NCBI GenBank assembly: GCA_051294375.1
Contig: CM119267.1
Span: forward strand, 937,601-1,001,600
DNA length: 64,000 bases
DNA from: Paraspadella gotoi
Lineage: Eukaryota > Animalia > Chaetognatha
Direction: 5' to 3'
In this document: positions 31,290 to 44,007 of the stretch, in pieces
Layout: each line of letters starts with the position of its first letter
How positions within the stretch are numbered: position 1 is the stretch's first letter
Notes under the pieces: model-generated
Databases searched by the model: none
Told to the model about the DNA's origin: nothing
What the model saw: the letters and a program-made list of their open reading frames with translations, nothing else
Position numbers and translations under genes: made by a program

Positions 31290-31558
31290 GGTGAGACTAT
31301 TGTTGTCAGTTGCCAAGATACGAAAGACAAAAAAGGGCAGATCGGAACCGCGGACGAAGAATCGGGTCAAAAAATAAAAAAGCGAAACCTTGAAAGAGCG
31401 AATTATGGCGATGAAGAACATGGATATAAACGAGGATGAGAATAATGAGAAAATGATAACAATTTAGGGGAGAATTTGAATGGTATAGATTAGGAGTTCA
31501 ACGCGGAGTAAAAGAGAAGGAAGAGAGAGAGAAAAAGATTCAAATTTTAGTCCAAATT

Positions 31559-34054
31559 TTAGTTCAAAACGTCGAGAATGTTGATTCCCGTGAGTCCCAA
31601 GTTTATCCGACCTAAGACTCCGTGTTCCTGGTTCTTCACGTGAACCAAAAACAAGACGATGGAATGAAACAAGTTGTTGTGACCTTTGGCGACGTCATAG
31701 ACCGTCTCGCCGATGACCACTTTGAAGACGGGAGGAATTAGGCTCGATTGATACAAAGCGATGTTATCCTTTTTGCTCAAATTTGGTTTTTCTGCAAAAA
31801 TAATTAAATTTTAGGCAAAGGATTTAGATAAGACATTTAATAAATAGATATTTTGAATACAAAGCTGTTCTCTGGCCGAAAAAAAAACTAACCGGGGGAT
31901 TTGATGACGTATTGACGAGTAAAAGCTTTTAGATCTGGATAGAGCGAAGTAAAAGGTAAGTGAGAATCCAGGTAAGTGGCGAAGATGTGGAGAACAAGGG
32001 CTGCGTCCGTGGGTAAGGCCTCGTTCCACGGTTTATCCTGTAGAATTACGAACATCGTTTAAGTAGGGCCAAACTTTGTCAATGGGGTGGGTCAGAAGTT
32101 TGATTTGAGAACCTTCCCAAATGAAACTTCATACATTTCTGAGAAAACTTTCAATGGACCAAAATTTTCTAAAATGGCTAGAAGCAGTAGTAATTAATTT
32201 TTAAATATTTATTTATAGATAGGAAATATCAAAAAAAAATTTTTATAATTTTTTTTTTTAAGCAGATTCAGACAGCTTATGAAAAGTTGTATAATTATTT
32301 TTTCAATATTTTGATAAGTGGGTCAAAATTGGGGAAAACTTTAAAAAAAGCATCTTCATCATCTGATAATTTTAATAGTTTTTGCTAATTTTCAGTAATA
32401 AAACATCAATTTTAAAAAGTTGTAATTACATTTTTGCTAAACTTTTTGAGCTCTATTAGAATCAATTAAAAAAACTGAAAATATAAAAAAAAAGTTTGAG
32501 CAAACAATGTCGGATCTGCCCACGATCATTATCGGAAATTAAATAATTAATAAATTAATTAATTCAAGTTAATTAATCAATTAACTTGATCCGAAATGAT
32601 TGTTTTGATTGATTAATTGATAATTGATTAATTAATTGACTAATTTATTAATTAACTGATTAATTATTTGATTAATTTATACATCTTGCATTTACATTTA
32701 ATATAAAAAGAAAAAGAAGCATAATCAATTAGTGAAACAGGTTTTTTGTTTTTTTCCATATAAACTTATTTCCACTAAGATAATTCCATCGAAACTTGAT
32801 TTCCAGCTTAATCACACACTTTCCTAATAAAATTCAAAATTTTAGGTCAATTGCCCTATCCACTCATGAGTAATTGGTATTCAAATAATGAAATTTATTT
32901 TTTTGTTTTTTCCATTTAAACTCATTTCCACTCGAACAAATCCTTCGAAACTTCATATACAGCTCAATCACACACTTCCCTAACCACATACAAAATTTCA
33001 TTCCAATCCATCCATCCAATCACATGTAATTGGGGTTTTTGGTTAATGTGGGACGGACGGACAGACGGACATCTTTTTTTTTATAATTTATCATAATTTG
33101 ATGTTCTGACATGAAATAAGTTAATGCCCGACAAGATTGAGAGGGCGGACCAACAAAGTGAATTATAGAGTCGGGATCTGCTTATAAGCAGATCTGACTA
33201 AAAAAAATTTTTGACATTATCATCGTGGTGTAATCCGTTCGTTTCGTTGTGTAATGATTAGAAGAGTTTGAAATTAATTTTCAACAACGATTTATTTTTA
33301 TTAATAACGGACATGTTTCGGCTCAGTTACAAGCCTTCATTATCATCGGAGAGGAATCAAGACCCCAGAATCGAAATCGGATCAACGACTCGGATAAAAT
33401 CCATCGGAAGTAGATAGAACATTCTCATTGGTCGAAAGATAAATGGCACCGGCCAATGAACAAATGGCCGGGGATTTTTACCCTTATCTCCGATCCGATG
33501 AACCTGTATAAATTGTAACCCAAATCTGTATTGATTCACCCTGCCCAAAATATTGTCAGTCTTGTTTTATGGTCTTAATTCTGAAGAAATAAAATCTACT
33601 TGCAAGATAGACCTGTCCACTTACTAATGGTTCGGAACATTTTTGCAAACAAATATTTTAACACAACAACTAATACCAATAATGGATTCGTTTAATGCTG
33701 TTCCCATTAAAATTTAAATTTGGTCGGCTATCGCTAGTTTAAGTAAAAATAATATAATAAAGGATCGTAAATAAGGCAGGAAGAGCCTAAGGAAGAGCCT
33801 ACCTTGAAGGAATCTCCTCCGTTGGCGTTAAAGGCGCTCATGCATCCGCCCTTGGCCAGGGTTCGGAATCGCTTGACCAGATACTCTTGATTTTCGTGCG
33901 CCTCCAAGTATTGAACCATGAGATTTAGGTCCAAGGAGCCGTCGAGGGCGGCGAGGCGCTTTAAAGTGTGGAGACCGACTTCTCCTGCGAAGGAAAAAGA
34001 AATGAGTCCCGCTAAATTCTCACCCTAATTTCCCATCAATATTATTATTATTTA

Positions 34055-34108
<54 letters not shown>

Positions 34109-34275
34109 GCACCGATAAGCGAGTCGCCGTGTCCGGTTCGTCGCAGTTTCTCGTTTTTGGAGTCGATCTCTTTGACCAGAGGAGAGACGATCGATTCTGA
34201 GATCCAATTTCGTAGATTCATAGTCCAGTGCATCAAGTCTCCATCTGAGACGTCGTATCTGGAATAAATAAATGA

Positions 34276-34317
<42 letters not shown>

Positions 34318-36348
34318 GGGACTATCTGACCTGACCCAGACGTCATGGGCGGCAACGGCGTTGGGATTGTCGGGATCGTCGCACGAACCCAGACTCTTCG
34401 TCGTCGTCGGCGACTTCGATGACAATTGGTACTGATACTTTCTCAAGGAAGCGGCGCTCTCGGCGATGGAGGCGTTGGCACCGCGATTCAGCGCCCAGAA
34501 AGACGCGTTAGCTCCGGAAATAGGAGAAGCCTCCGTCAGGGAGAAGCGCTTCCGGCGCTCGTTGGCCTCGAAGTCTTTGAGATATTCCTGAAAGATCAAC
34601 GGAAAAACAAATTAAGGCCAAGTATAACAGATATTAATATTTTGTGGTGGTATATTCACACCGCCTCACGTCCACCATCGTTCAGCCAAATCCATTTGCT
34701 CAGAGGGGGAACACACCATCCCAGTCCTAACGACTTCCCTCTGCGTTGACAAAGCGAGACCGTCCTAGGGTAACCGCGCCAGTGACTGGATGCGTCACTG
34801 AGGGTCGGAAGCCCCCAAAGCCTTCAGAGAGATGCCCCATCCCAATGGTCATCTCAGGCTGTTGCCATAATTTAATGATTTAAAATTTAATGATTTAATA
34901 TTTAATGATTATAATTTAATAACTAGGTAACTTTTCAATATCGATTTTTGTTCTTAATTTTTTATTTTCATTGTTTAAAATTAAAAACAAAAAGTTTGAA
35001 ACGAAACATTTTTGACCTCGGATTCTATGCTACTCTGAAATGAAGAGATATAATTTTTTATGACGCAAAATAAAATGAGTGATAATGATTGATAATTAAT
35101 TTCTAATCTAAGAAATGATCAAAACAAAACAATGTCAAACAATAAAAAACCTGCAATGATTCGTGATCGCTGATAGATTCGTCCATAGACACGACCTTTG
35201 ACGTTCTTCTCAGCGTCAGGCTTGTGTCCGGAGAAGGAGAGACGCCGCCGCCGGGAGTGGAACACGCGCCAGCGCTCCCCGAGGAGACGTTGAGGAGAGA
35301 CTGGTTCAACGAAGAAGTCGCCGCCGTTGGGCGGAAGGGACTCGGCGGTCTGGACAAAAATTATTATTTTTACACAGTCATTAAGACATAATTTAACTTA
35401 ATTTAATTAAATGGGCTTAATAAGCGTTTTATTCGAATGCAACAAGGTTGATTCAGTACAGAAAGAGGTACAGAAGGAGGTTTTAGGGTTAAAAGTAGTT
35501 TAAAGGTGGTTTAAAGGCAGTTTAGGGTTATGAGGATTTACGGTTAGATTAGTAAGGTTAAAATTGTTGTCATTTTTTAAGTAATAACATTTTATATATA
35601 AATATTCAAAAGAAGCCAAAAACCCAGTCGGAGAGAGAAAACTTTACCCTTTGAAATAAAGGTTTGATCACTTTTCACCACATTCTATTTAAACATATAA
35701 TAAATTTGAAAAAACATTTCAAAAAAGTTGCAGCTTTAGCTCATGGCATTTTACAAACTTATGCACTAATACTCATTATAAACTACAGAAAGTCATTTTG
35801 AATATTTCATCTGAAGGTCAACAATAAAACTTTTATGCATTTTTAAATATTAAAATTAAACCAGATGTTAAATAAAATGGGAGAACCAAAATGTTATATT
35901 TTAAAATCTCGTAATACCTCGCCGCGATGCCGACTGACCGACCGTCCGGCGTGACGGGCGGCGAAGGCGTCGCCGCCCGAAACGCCGCCTCTTTAGGTCT
36001 CACGCCCAACAACTTTCGTTCGGCGTCGGTGAGTTGAATGGCGGCGCCGGCGGAAAAAACCGGACGAGCAAAGCGGATCAAATCGACGAGAGCGTTGAAA
36101 GCGAGAACGCCGACAACCGCGCCCAGAATTCCCGCGCGAAAGGGAAGAAAGTCCAAGTGATTCCCTAGAAGGAGTCCGTACTCCCGCTCCAGCCAGGTCA
36201 AGATCGCTCCAGCCAGGTTGGCGAGCATCCACGGGAGGGAGCGGTGGGCTTCACCCAAGTTTTTCTTTTTGGTCAAAACTCTCTCGACGATAGGAGATTG
36301 GGCGTGGCCGAGACGCCGCCAATTAGGAGAACAGTTCGAAGCGGACAT
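31559..36348 (-). CDS. TMEM209: Transmembrane protein 209 (nuclear envelope), multi-exon
   Basis: N-terminal TM helices and QLTDAERKLLGV; WTMNLRNWISESIVSPLVKEID; QEYLVKRFRTLAKGGCMSAF; exon ~32037-31893 DKPWNEALPTDAALVLHIFATYLDSHLP; KGHNNLFHSIVLFL..GVLGRINLGLTGINILDV. Confidence 0.92.
32502..33200 (-). mobile_element. HINE/DINE-1-like non-autonomous Helentron element in a TMEM209 intron
   Basis: Terminal palindrome agtcgggatctgcttataagcagatctgact (33169-33199), GTCC/GTCT microsatellite (ggacggacggacagacggac ~33051-33070), matching sub-terminal gtcggatctgc at 32509. Confidence 0.65.
34044..34109. repeat. (ATT)n microsatellite; second tract at 34277-34317, both in TMEM209 introns
   Basis: Direct reading. 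Confidence 0.95.
34645..34866 (-). mobile_element. GC-rich SINE-like dispersed repeat, copy 1
   Basis: Reverse complement matches 62198-62430 (ggggcttccgaccctcagtgacgc, ggcgcggttaccctaggacggtctc, ggctgaacgatg.tgga.gtgaggc.gtgtgaatatac). Confidence 0.75.
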
Positions 36349-38394
36349 TTCGATAGAGAGAGTCGTCAACTATGGGTGGCAGAGAATTAATTTCAAAATG
36401 CCTTCACAAAGGATGAAAAACCATGTTTATTTTTAATGGTCAAATCCGTTGATTTCAAATTTTCTTTCAAGGTAGGGTATTTGCAACAATTCATGTAAAA
36501 GTCACGACGGAAATTTCATCATTTAAAATCACTGAGTGACTGCAAGGACGCTCCCTTCCATCTTCATTGCTTGGAGTTTAGTGATATTCCTTAGGTTTTG
36601 CCTCGTCATGCCACCTTTTGACACCTCATGGTCTCCCAACGGTCGATTCGACCCGGTCATGGGCACAGCGTCGTGGGCCGCGACCAACGAAACCCGAAGT
36701 CAGAGTTGGTGCGTAAATATGCATTGAGCGGCAATTCGACAGATGACCCAGAATCGTCTGCGTCGATATTAAAAAGTATAAGTAAATGTATCAGTTAAAG
36801 CGTCTTTATTAGGTTATAAAAAATTTAACTGACCACGTGATAACGCATGGTCAGGTTAAGGTTTGATTCTCAAAACAAATCGATAACTTAAGAAATAAAC
36901 AATGAAATTTATTTAAAGTTTGTCAAAAATAAACGGAATTCGAACTTAACATTAAAACAAAAAGAAACCATACATGACTTTCAACAAGCATTGAAAAAGT
37001 TTGTAACACAATCGGAAATTACGAAAACGAATGTAAAAACAAAAAGATAAAGTTAAACATAAAACGAAAATAAAATAACAAAAAACTTACCAAGAAAAAA
37101 ATGGGGGAAACGACGGTTGAGAAAAAGGAACACGTTTTTTTTTTGGTTAATGGTTTGGCGCGGATTTTCTTTGTATCGTTGGACTCGGGATTGTGACGAT
37201 TGAGAGGCCGAACCACGGAGACTGTAGCAGCGGCGGCATGAAGCAGCCGAGGAAAATGAAGAAGCGGCGGAGCAGGAATTAGAAGGAAGAGGAAGAAGAT
37301 TAAAGGGAAAAGTAAGGAGGAAGAGGAGAAACAAGGAGGTATTGATAAAGAAAAGAAAGAGGAAATGGAAAGAAGAGGAAGAGAAATTGAGAAAACCAAA
37401 TAAGGAAGCGAAATGTTGAACAAAAGGCAAAGTTAGGAAACGACGCTCGAATATTCTTTATAATTTAAACAAAAAAGCTCTTTTAGTTAAAATAAGAAAC
37501 AATAAAAGGAAAAGGATTACTAATAACGAAGTTTTTGACGCAATCAATGTTCCTATATAACCATAATAACAATGAATTGCGAAATTAGACGGACATCGTG
37601 ACTCCGCGGTCGTCGACTGCTTTCCCCTTTTTTCAAAATGTCGGTCAGGCGGGCGAAGAGAGTAGGGCAGGGAAGGCCGGGCCGGGCCGGGTGCCGTAGT
37701 GCAGGCGTAGCAGGCGGAAGAGTGACGACGTCATTCGCGGCGTCGACGAGCAGACGACCTCGTGGAGAATCACCACCATGGGCGACCGAAAATTCCTCTG
37801 TTTAATGTTGGACATTTCTTTCTCTTTTTAATTCAGGCTTTTTTCGATTATTGTATTATTGATATTGTGACTCGAATCAATAGCGAAGACTGAAAAGCGT
37901 TCCAGTGTTCATGCAAAGCTCAATGAGTCGAAAGAGAAATCAAAGAAATCTATTGATTTTGTTGAACAAATGAAAAGAATTTTCTCCAAAACACAGAACA
38001 AAAGAATTTACAATCAACGCGTCGCGTTCCTGGTTTCCTCCACGACAGCTGTTACCAATAAAAAGTTAAACAGTTATTGGGAGAACTGTTTAGGAAAAAT
38101 TTAGTTATCGTAATTCGAGCAAAAAAATTTAACAATACTATGTCTATGATTTGAAAAAAAAAAGTCGGATCCTTTGGGGAGATCTGTTTTAACATATTCG
38201 ACATGGCTGTGATAGAGAAGGGTTATTCTTAATTTATGATGCAATTATCTATTACGCGTTGTGCAAGATGCAGCTTAGTAAAAATCATTTATCTATACAA
38301 TAGCTTATTTTTCGGCTTCCCAATAAGATTTTCATTCATTTCTTATGCTATCCCTTTGTTTATACATTAATTAATTGACAACTAACAACCCGCC

Positions 38395-41300
38395 ATGTCT
38401 TTTAACGTTACATCGCCTTTTCCTCCCGAGTTCTCCGCCCAGAACCCGCGGTGCACGATGGACGATTTAAAAATTGAGTTTTTTCGCCATCCGCCCATTT
38501 ATGAACCTGGGGAGGACATTAAGGGAAATCTCAAAATCACCAACACGCAGTTCATAATCGTCTCCAGGATCAACTATCGGTTTAAAGGTAGCCAAGAATG
38601 TCACGTGATTGAGGAAAAGGCCATGTACCCTTGTGATCTCATCCTTAAATCCTTATATCCCTGTCCTCTGCAATCCCTCTCAGGAAAGGCCCGGGTATCG
38701 TGGACGGTGAACAAGACCTCCAAAGAGAAGGTCTGCTATTCGGCCGGTAGACTTTACTTCGAAGAAAACCGGCTTTGCCGGGAGGCGGCGCTGAGGGAGC
38801 TCGAGCCGGGCGTCCACAGGTTCCCGCTCCGCTTCGAGGTCCCGAGGAGAGTCCCAGCATCCATCGAGGAGGGGGACTCGGAGACACTCGGGCAGAAATA
38901 CGGTGAGGGACGATGTTGACCCTGATCAGTTTGGATAATGTTTGAAAAAGAAAATTTAGCCAGTATTGTTATTACTATTTAATTCATGGCTCAAAAGTCA
39001 AAACTTAAGTAGTTCAAATTCAAAATTATACCTAGTTAAGTGAAATTCAAAATGTTATAGCAAAGAAGGAGGTTCTATCCCTTCCGTTGACTTTCAAGGT
39101 CAAGTTCGGTACTTTTGCGAGGCCACGGTTTATTTCGGGACGAAGGAGGCGAAGATCGCGCGCGAGTTCGCGATTCAGGCGCCGCTGGATCTGAGGAGTC
39201 TCCCCGAAGCCTCCCTGCCCGTCAAGAACTCTTGGGAAAAGTAACGCAATTGGAAATCTTCCATTTTAAAAATTGCAGTTGTCAATGTTGTGGTTTAATC
39301 TCTGCATGATCAATTCTATTCAGTGGTAGTCCCTATTATGAATGTTATTTTGAAAATACCAAAACTGTGATTTGATGAGCCGTTTATACTTTTTATTTCA
39401 TTTTAGTTTTATATTCCTTTTGATTTCAGTTTGTACTGCAATTTATGTTTATAATTTGTCTAGATATACGTTTATTTTTTATTTGTTGTAGGCTATATAC
39501 TATACAGTATATAGAATTTACATTTTTACATGTTTCTAACTTTATTTTTTATAGTTTCAGTTCAATTCGGTTCCTAATTAAATTATGATTTTACGTTACG
39601 CTTGGTAAGTCTCAGGGAATAGTCAATACCATAGTCTAGGATGTGGGGGACGTTCGGGGTACAAATTAGTTAATGAAAGTTCTTCATCTGTCCCTCAAAC
39701 CGTGTTCAGATTGGGGAAGGCCTGCTGCATGACGGACGGGACGGTCTCCGTCTCCCTAAGCCTCCCCAAACGCGGCTTCGTTCCCGGGGAGAAGATCTAC
39801 TTCGAGGTGCTCGTCCGCAACGAAACCTCCGGCGACGTCGAACCCTGGAAGTTGAAGCTCAACCGGGAGACGAAGATCAAAGGGGAAGAGGAAGGGATCG
39901 TCACATCCGGTTGGAGCCACGCCTACATCGTCACCGAGTTGGCCGAGGTCAAGGGGGATAGATTTATTGACGCCGACGACCACGACAGAGGTGAGAGGAG
40001 GGCGGGAACGACGATAAGTGTTGTGAGGCAAGAAACCAAGCAATGCTTAAACTGAGAAAATGGTTAGTTCTTATGCATTCAACTGAACATAGTAATGAAA
40101 GTAGTTTCTGTTTTAAACAATTGCTTGCAGATTACGCTCGTGCAGTGTATACTGTATAGTAGGGTGGAGTGATGAAAAGATTGAGCGATTGAACATTATT
40201 TTTTTGCTGCTTATGGATATGTAATTAACAAATTTTAAATCTTTTAATCCTTTTTAACATAACAGTAAATTCAATTATTTATATAGTAATATCGTTATAA
40301 AATTATTTTTTTTTATTTTAAAAATAGATTTGGATTCGCCGTAAAAAACTAAAAAACTTTTATAAAATTAATTATGTGATATTTTAATATTTAAACCGCA
40401 AAAAATGACTAAAACGTTTTAACATATATAAGTTTTTACTACAGAGAATAAAACTTATGAAGTTTTTTTTTCCCCGTTTTAAATGTTAAAGATGACAGAA
40501 TTTTTGATAACATATTTTTTATTTTTTATTCAACTTTTATGAAGAATCTGAATCTTTATTAGGAGTTAAAAAAATATTTTTAAAATTTGTTATTTTATAA
40601 GAATATTACTACAAATATATTAAATTTTACTATTGTTACCAAAACAATATGAACAAAATATTTTTTGTAGAGTTAAGTTTTATCTCATATTTAAACATCC
40701 TTGTTAGGAGAAAAACAATTTGATTTGTTTTGGCAACAAATTATATTTAAAGCAGACATGTTTCGACAGTTTCGGCAATTTAGAGTCTTCATCAGTGTTT
40801 GAAAAATTAACAAGTTTTTCTCTTTAACATTAAGTTTGAGAGACAGAGAGAGAGAGACAGAGATAGAAAGAGGTCAGGTGAGAGGAGTGGCACTAGGCAT
40901 TTTTCAGGAGGATCTTTTCCAGACCCTAAAATGTCTCACTCTACAATCATATCATCTCAGCCCATGACAAGCCAATGACCCGATCCTATCGCCAATGTCC
41001 CACCTTTGCCCGGCTTGGGGGGGGGGTCAGCTCACTTTGAGCTCTTTTCTCATCTTATTTTCACTAACTCTTTACTTACCTATCCCTCATCACTTATTCT
41101 TCCATTTTAATATCAACCTTTAATTAATTTATTCATTATTACCATTGTTATTTTTAGTCTAATTCTTAAGTTTGCTAATTTATTTTCCTCTTCCTTTATC
41201 ATTGTTGTATATTGTTAAATGTAAAGATTTTTTTCTCTCTCTCCCATTCTCTCTCAATTTCCAATTTTACCCAACTCACTCCTCCCCTGTCCTTACATTC

Positions 41301-42097
41301 ACCTGTCCTCACATCTGACAACTGTCCTTTATTCAATTCTTTGTTGGAAACTTACCCTCTCTCTCTCTCTCAAACTTAATGTTAAAGAGAAAAACTTGTT
41401 AATTTTTCAAACACTGATGAAGACTCTAAACTGCAGAGTCGAAACATGTCTGTTTTAAATACAATTCGTTGCCAAAACAAATCAAATTGTTTTTCTCCTA
41501 ATTACTAAAAACAACAAAATCGAAAGTCTTTACACAATATCCTTGTTTTATCATTCAAATAATTTTTTTGTTCTTGAGTGCTCCACTCTACTGAATAGGC
41601 TAGTGCATAATTGAATTTTGATGTTGTAGGTCAAGCCGTATTATTAAATGCTCTCTTCGTTTCGAAATGTAATTGTTATGTTATGTTTAGTTTTGTTATT
41701 GTTATGTTATTCAGTTATTGTGCAAGAATTTGATTTCACGTCTAAATATCAACACGGTAATATTTTTTTTCCCTCCTTTTTCCCAGCCACGGGATCGATG
41801 CGAGTCCCCATCACCCCAGCCACGGGATTCCCTCACTGCGACATCATCGACGTGAACTATTCCCTCGAACTCTCTGCGCGGATGGGCGCGGGACGGAAAG
41901 CGGCCATCGACGTGCCAATCCTCATCGGCACCGTCGCCACGGAGGCCTGCGTGGATCCGGACAGGCCCGTGCCTGCCAAGCCCCGTCCTCCCAGAGTCAG
42001 GAAGGAGGAGGAGGATGAGGATGAGTTGAGAACGTTGGACGGGGAAATTGGGAATCGAAGGACGAGAACCGAATTCAATCCTCTTTGGCCGAGTTAA
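38395..42097 (+). CDS. Alpha-arrestin / arrestin-domain-containing protein, ~5 exons
   Basis: PIYEPGEDIKGNL; GKARVSW; LEPGVHRFPLRFEVPRRVPASIE; VSLSLPKRGFVPGEKI; CDIIDVNYSLEL..IDVPILIGTV. Confidence 0.9.
40751..40800 (-). ncRNA. Minimal type-I hammerhead ribozyme (inverted copy, weaker helices)
   Basis: Reverse complement aaacaCTGATGAagactctaaattgccgaaactgtcGAAAcatGTCtgct. Confidence 0.6.
41409..41455 (+). ncRNA. Minimal type-I hammerhead ribozyme (Penelope type)
   Basis: Helix I AAACA/TGTTT; CTGATGA; helix II GACTCT/AGAGTC; GAAA; palindromic CATG helix-III loop; GTC cleavage triplet ending at 41450. Confidence 0.8.
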
Positions 42098-42536
42098 TAC
42101 TCATAAGTACAAACGACAACAACAACAACAATAATCCCCCGTTCCCCCCTCTCCCCTCCCCCTCCCCCAATTTTATAGTCTTCCTTTCACCCCATTTTTT
42201 TTTTTCAATACTCTGGTATATTTTACTATTTGCCACTGTTACGTTTGTTTGTTGTAACTGCCCGAATATGTTTCACGATATTGTTAGACGAAACTTATTA
42301 CATGAATCATCACAATGTACGTATTAAATAAATTTCTAGATTACTCTTCATCCTTTAATAGTAAGTTTATTTTTATTTTCGGGGTTGGTGAGTAAATTCG
42401 TGGCTTCAAGTTTGTGGGAAAGAGATGATTGAGGACATTTACAGTAAGGTTCGCGTACCAGAAACTCATTTGCATATTGCAATCTAGTGACATTGTTAAA
42501 TAAAATTTGTGAGACGTTACCTAATGCTAAACTGAT

Positions 42537-42927
42537 AGGGTAGTGCGGGGTAATTCGGAACACTTTTGGAAGTAATAAAATTTTTTACACAATAAATATA
42601 GAAAAATATATATATTGAAAAAAATTTTTTTTTGGTGATTTATCGAGGAAAGTTCCCCGGCGACAGGTTGATGCAGTCGTTTTTATCCTGCGGCCGCATT
42701 TTTTATTTACCCACCCTGGGGTAATTCGGAACACTTAATATATGTCTAGTTTTTATAATATTACAGAAAACAATAATTAAACACTATTAATAAGAGCATG
42801 AAGCCTTTCATTAATGTTTTTTGTATAAACAATTTTAAATCTTTTATTCTTAGTACTTCTTAGACTTCTTAGACGAAATTTGACGAGCAACTTTGAAATT
42901 GGTGCTGCTGCACTACCGAACTACCCT
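42537..42927. mobile_element. Short TIR element with AG...CT ends and 6-bp direct flanks ACTGAT (repeated in the duplicated block at ~46953-47337)
   Basis: actgat|AGGGTAGTGCGG ... CCGAACTACCCT|actgat. Confidence 0.55.
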
Positions 42928-44007
42928 ACTGATAGTAATTTAATAAGTTTTTTTTTTTTAATTATATCCAAATAAAAATCACCCTCGCTGCTATTTTGAT
43001 GATGGTCTGCGGAGTGGATGTCTTCATGTTCCGAAAATACGGTCAAGTTAGTAAAATCAGTGAAAAAAAGGACGAAGTTCACGAAGATTCTCTTCAGCCG
43101 CGGCGACGCAGCGACAACAATGAGCTTTGAAGATTATAAAGACAAACATTACTGTTTACATTTTCAATTGTTATATATTTTGAGTCCCTCGTTCATTGTC
43201 GTTCATCTAACTTCGTCTATATATATCTCGCCAGACGGGCCTAGGCTTGTCTACTAGACAATGTCAAGGGCGAGATTTTGCTTTATTATTGCTTCTTAAT
43301 GACTTTGTCGACGTTACGTTTTTTTAAAATTAGAAATTATAAAAGTGTATATTTGTAGAAAATTAAAAATTGTAAATATAGTTTTTTATTATATGTAGTT
43401 TTTTCTTTTGATGTTTCTTTTGATTCGTTTAAAAATGTGTTGGGATCTGCAGCGGCTGGACTTTTCTCTCTCTCTCACTTTCTTTATTAGTTTTTTATTA
43501 TCATATTATTATTTTATTTTTGCAAAACTGCTTTTGCTTTCGCTTTTTTTTTTTGTTAAGTAGTTTTTTAAAAGATGCCAAAACCAAAATTAAAATTTTA
43601 TCTTTTTAAATTNNNNNNNNNNCAACTTTGAAATTGGTGCTGCTGCATTACCGAACTACCCTACTGATAGTAATTCAATAAGTTTTTTTTTTTTAATTAT
43701 ATCCAAATAAAAATCACCCTCGCTGCTATTTTGATGATGGTCTGCGGAGTGGATGTCTTCATGTTCCAAAAATACGGTCAAGTTAGTAAAATCAGTGAAA
43801 AAAAGGACGAAGTTCACGAAGATTCTCTTCAGCCGCGGCGACGCAGCGACAACAATGAGCTTTGAAGATTATAAAGACAAACATTACTGTTTACATTTTC
43901 AATTGTTATATATTTTGAGTCCCTCGTTCATNNNNNNNNNNTTAATTAAATAAATTTAAATTTAATTCATTCAATTAATTTTATTCATTTAATTTATATT
44001 GGATATT

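Larger units (their letters stand above)
40704..41501. mobile_element. Penelope-like element derivative with inverted pseudo-LTRs, each with a hammerhead motif
   Basis: ~150-bp inverted repeats (40704-40855 and 41357-41501) containing CTGATGA...GAAAC cores. Confidence 0.7.
40157..41593. mobile_element. Putative TIR element in the arrestin intron carrying a nested Penelope-derived insert
   Basis: tagtagggtggag at the left and ctccactctactg at the right (13-bp imperfect TIR). Confidence 0.45.

Noticed and set aside
29028-31421. Long single-exon ribonucleotide reductase as viral or bacterial HGT
   Set aside because: Sequence is animal-like with ATP cone and C-terminal CxxC, has a spliceosomal intron, and codon style matches neighbours; the ORF-track N-terminal 44 aa is probably 5' leader
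36620-36670. tRNA-like motif (gattcgacccggtcatgggcaca; 14-mer shared with ~63299)
   Set aside because: No cloverleaf or A box can be built; at most a SINE remnant
37019-37430. Hydrophobic Phe/Leu-rich ORFs
   Set aside because: Translation of a purine-rich low-complexity tract; no coding signature or credible start
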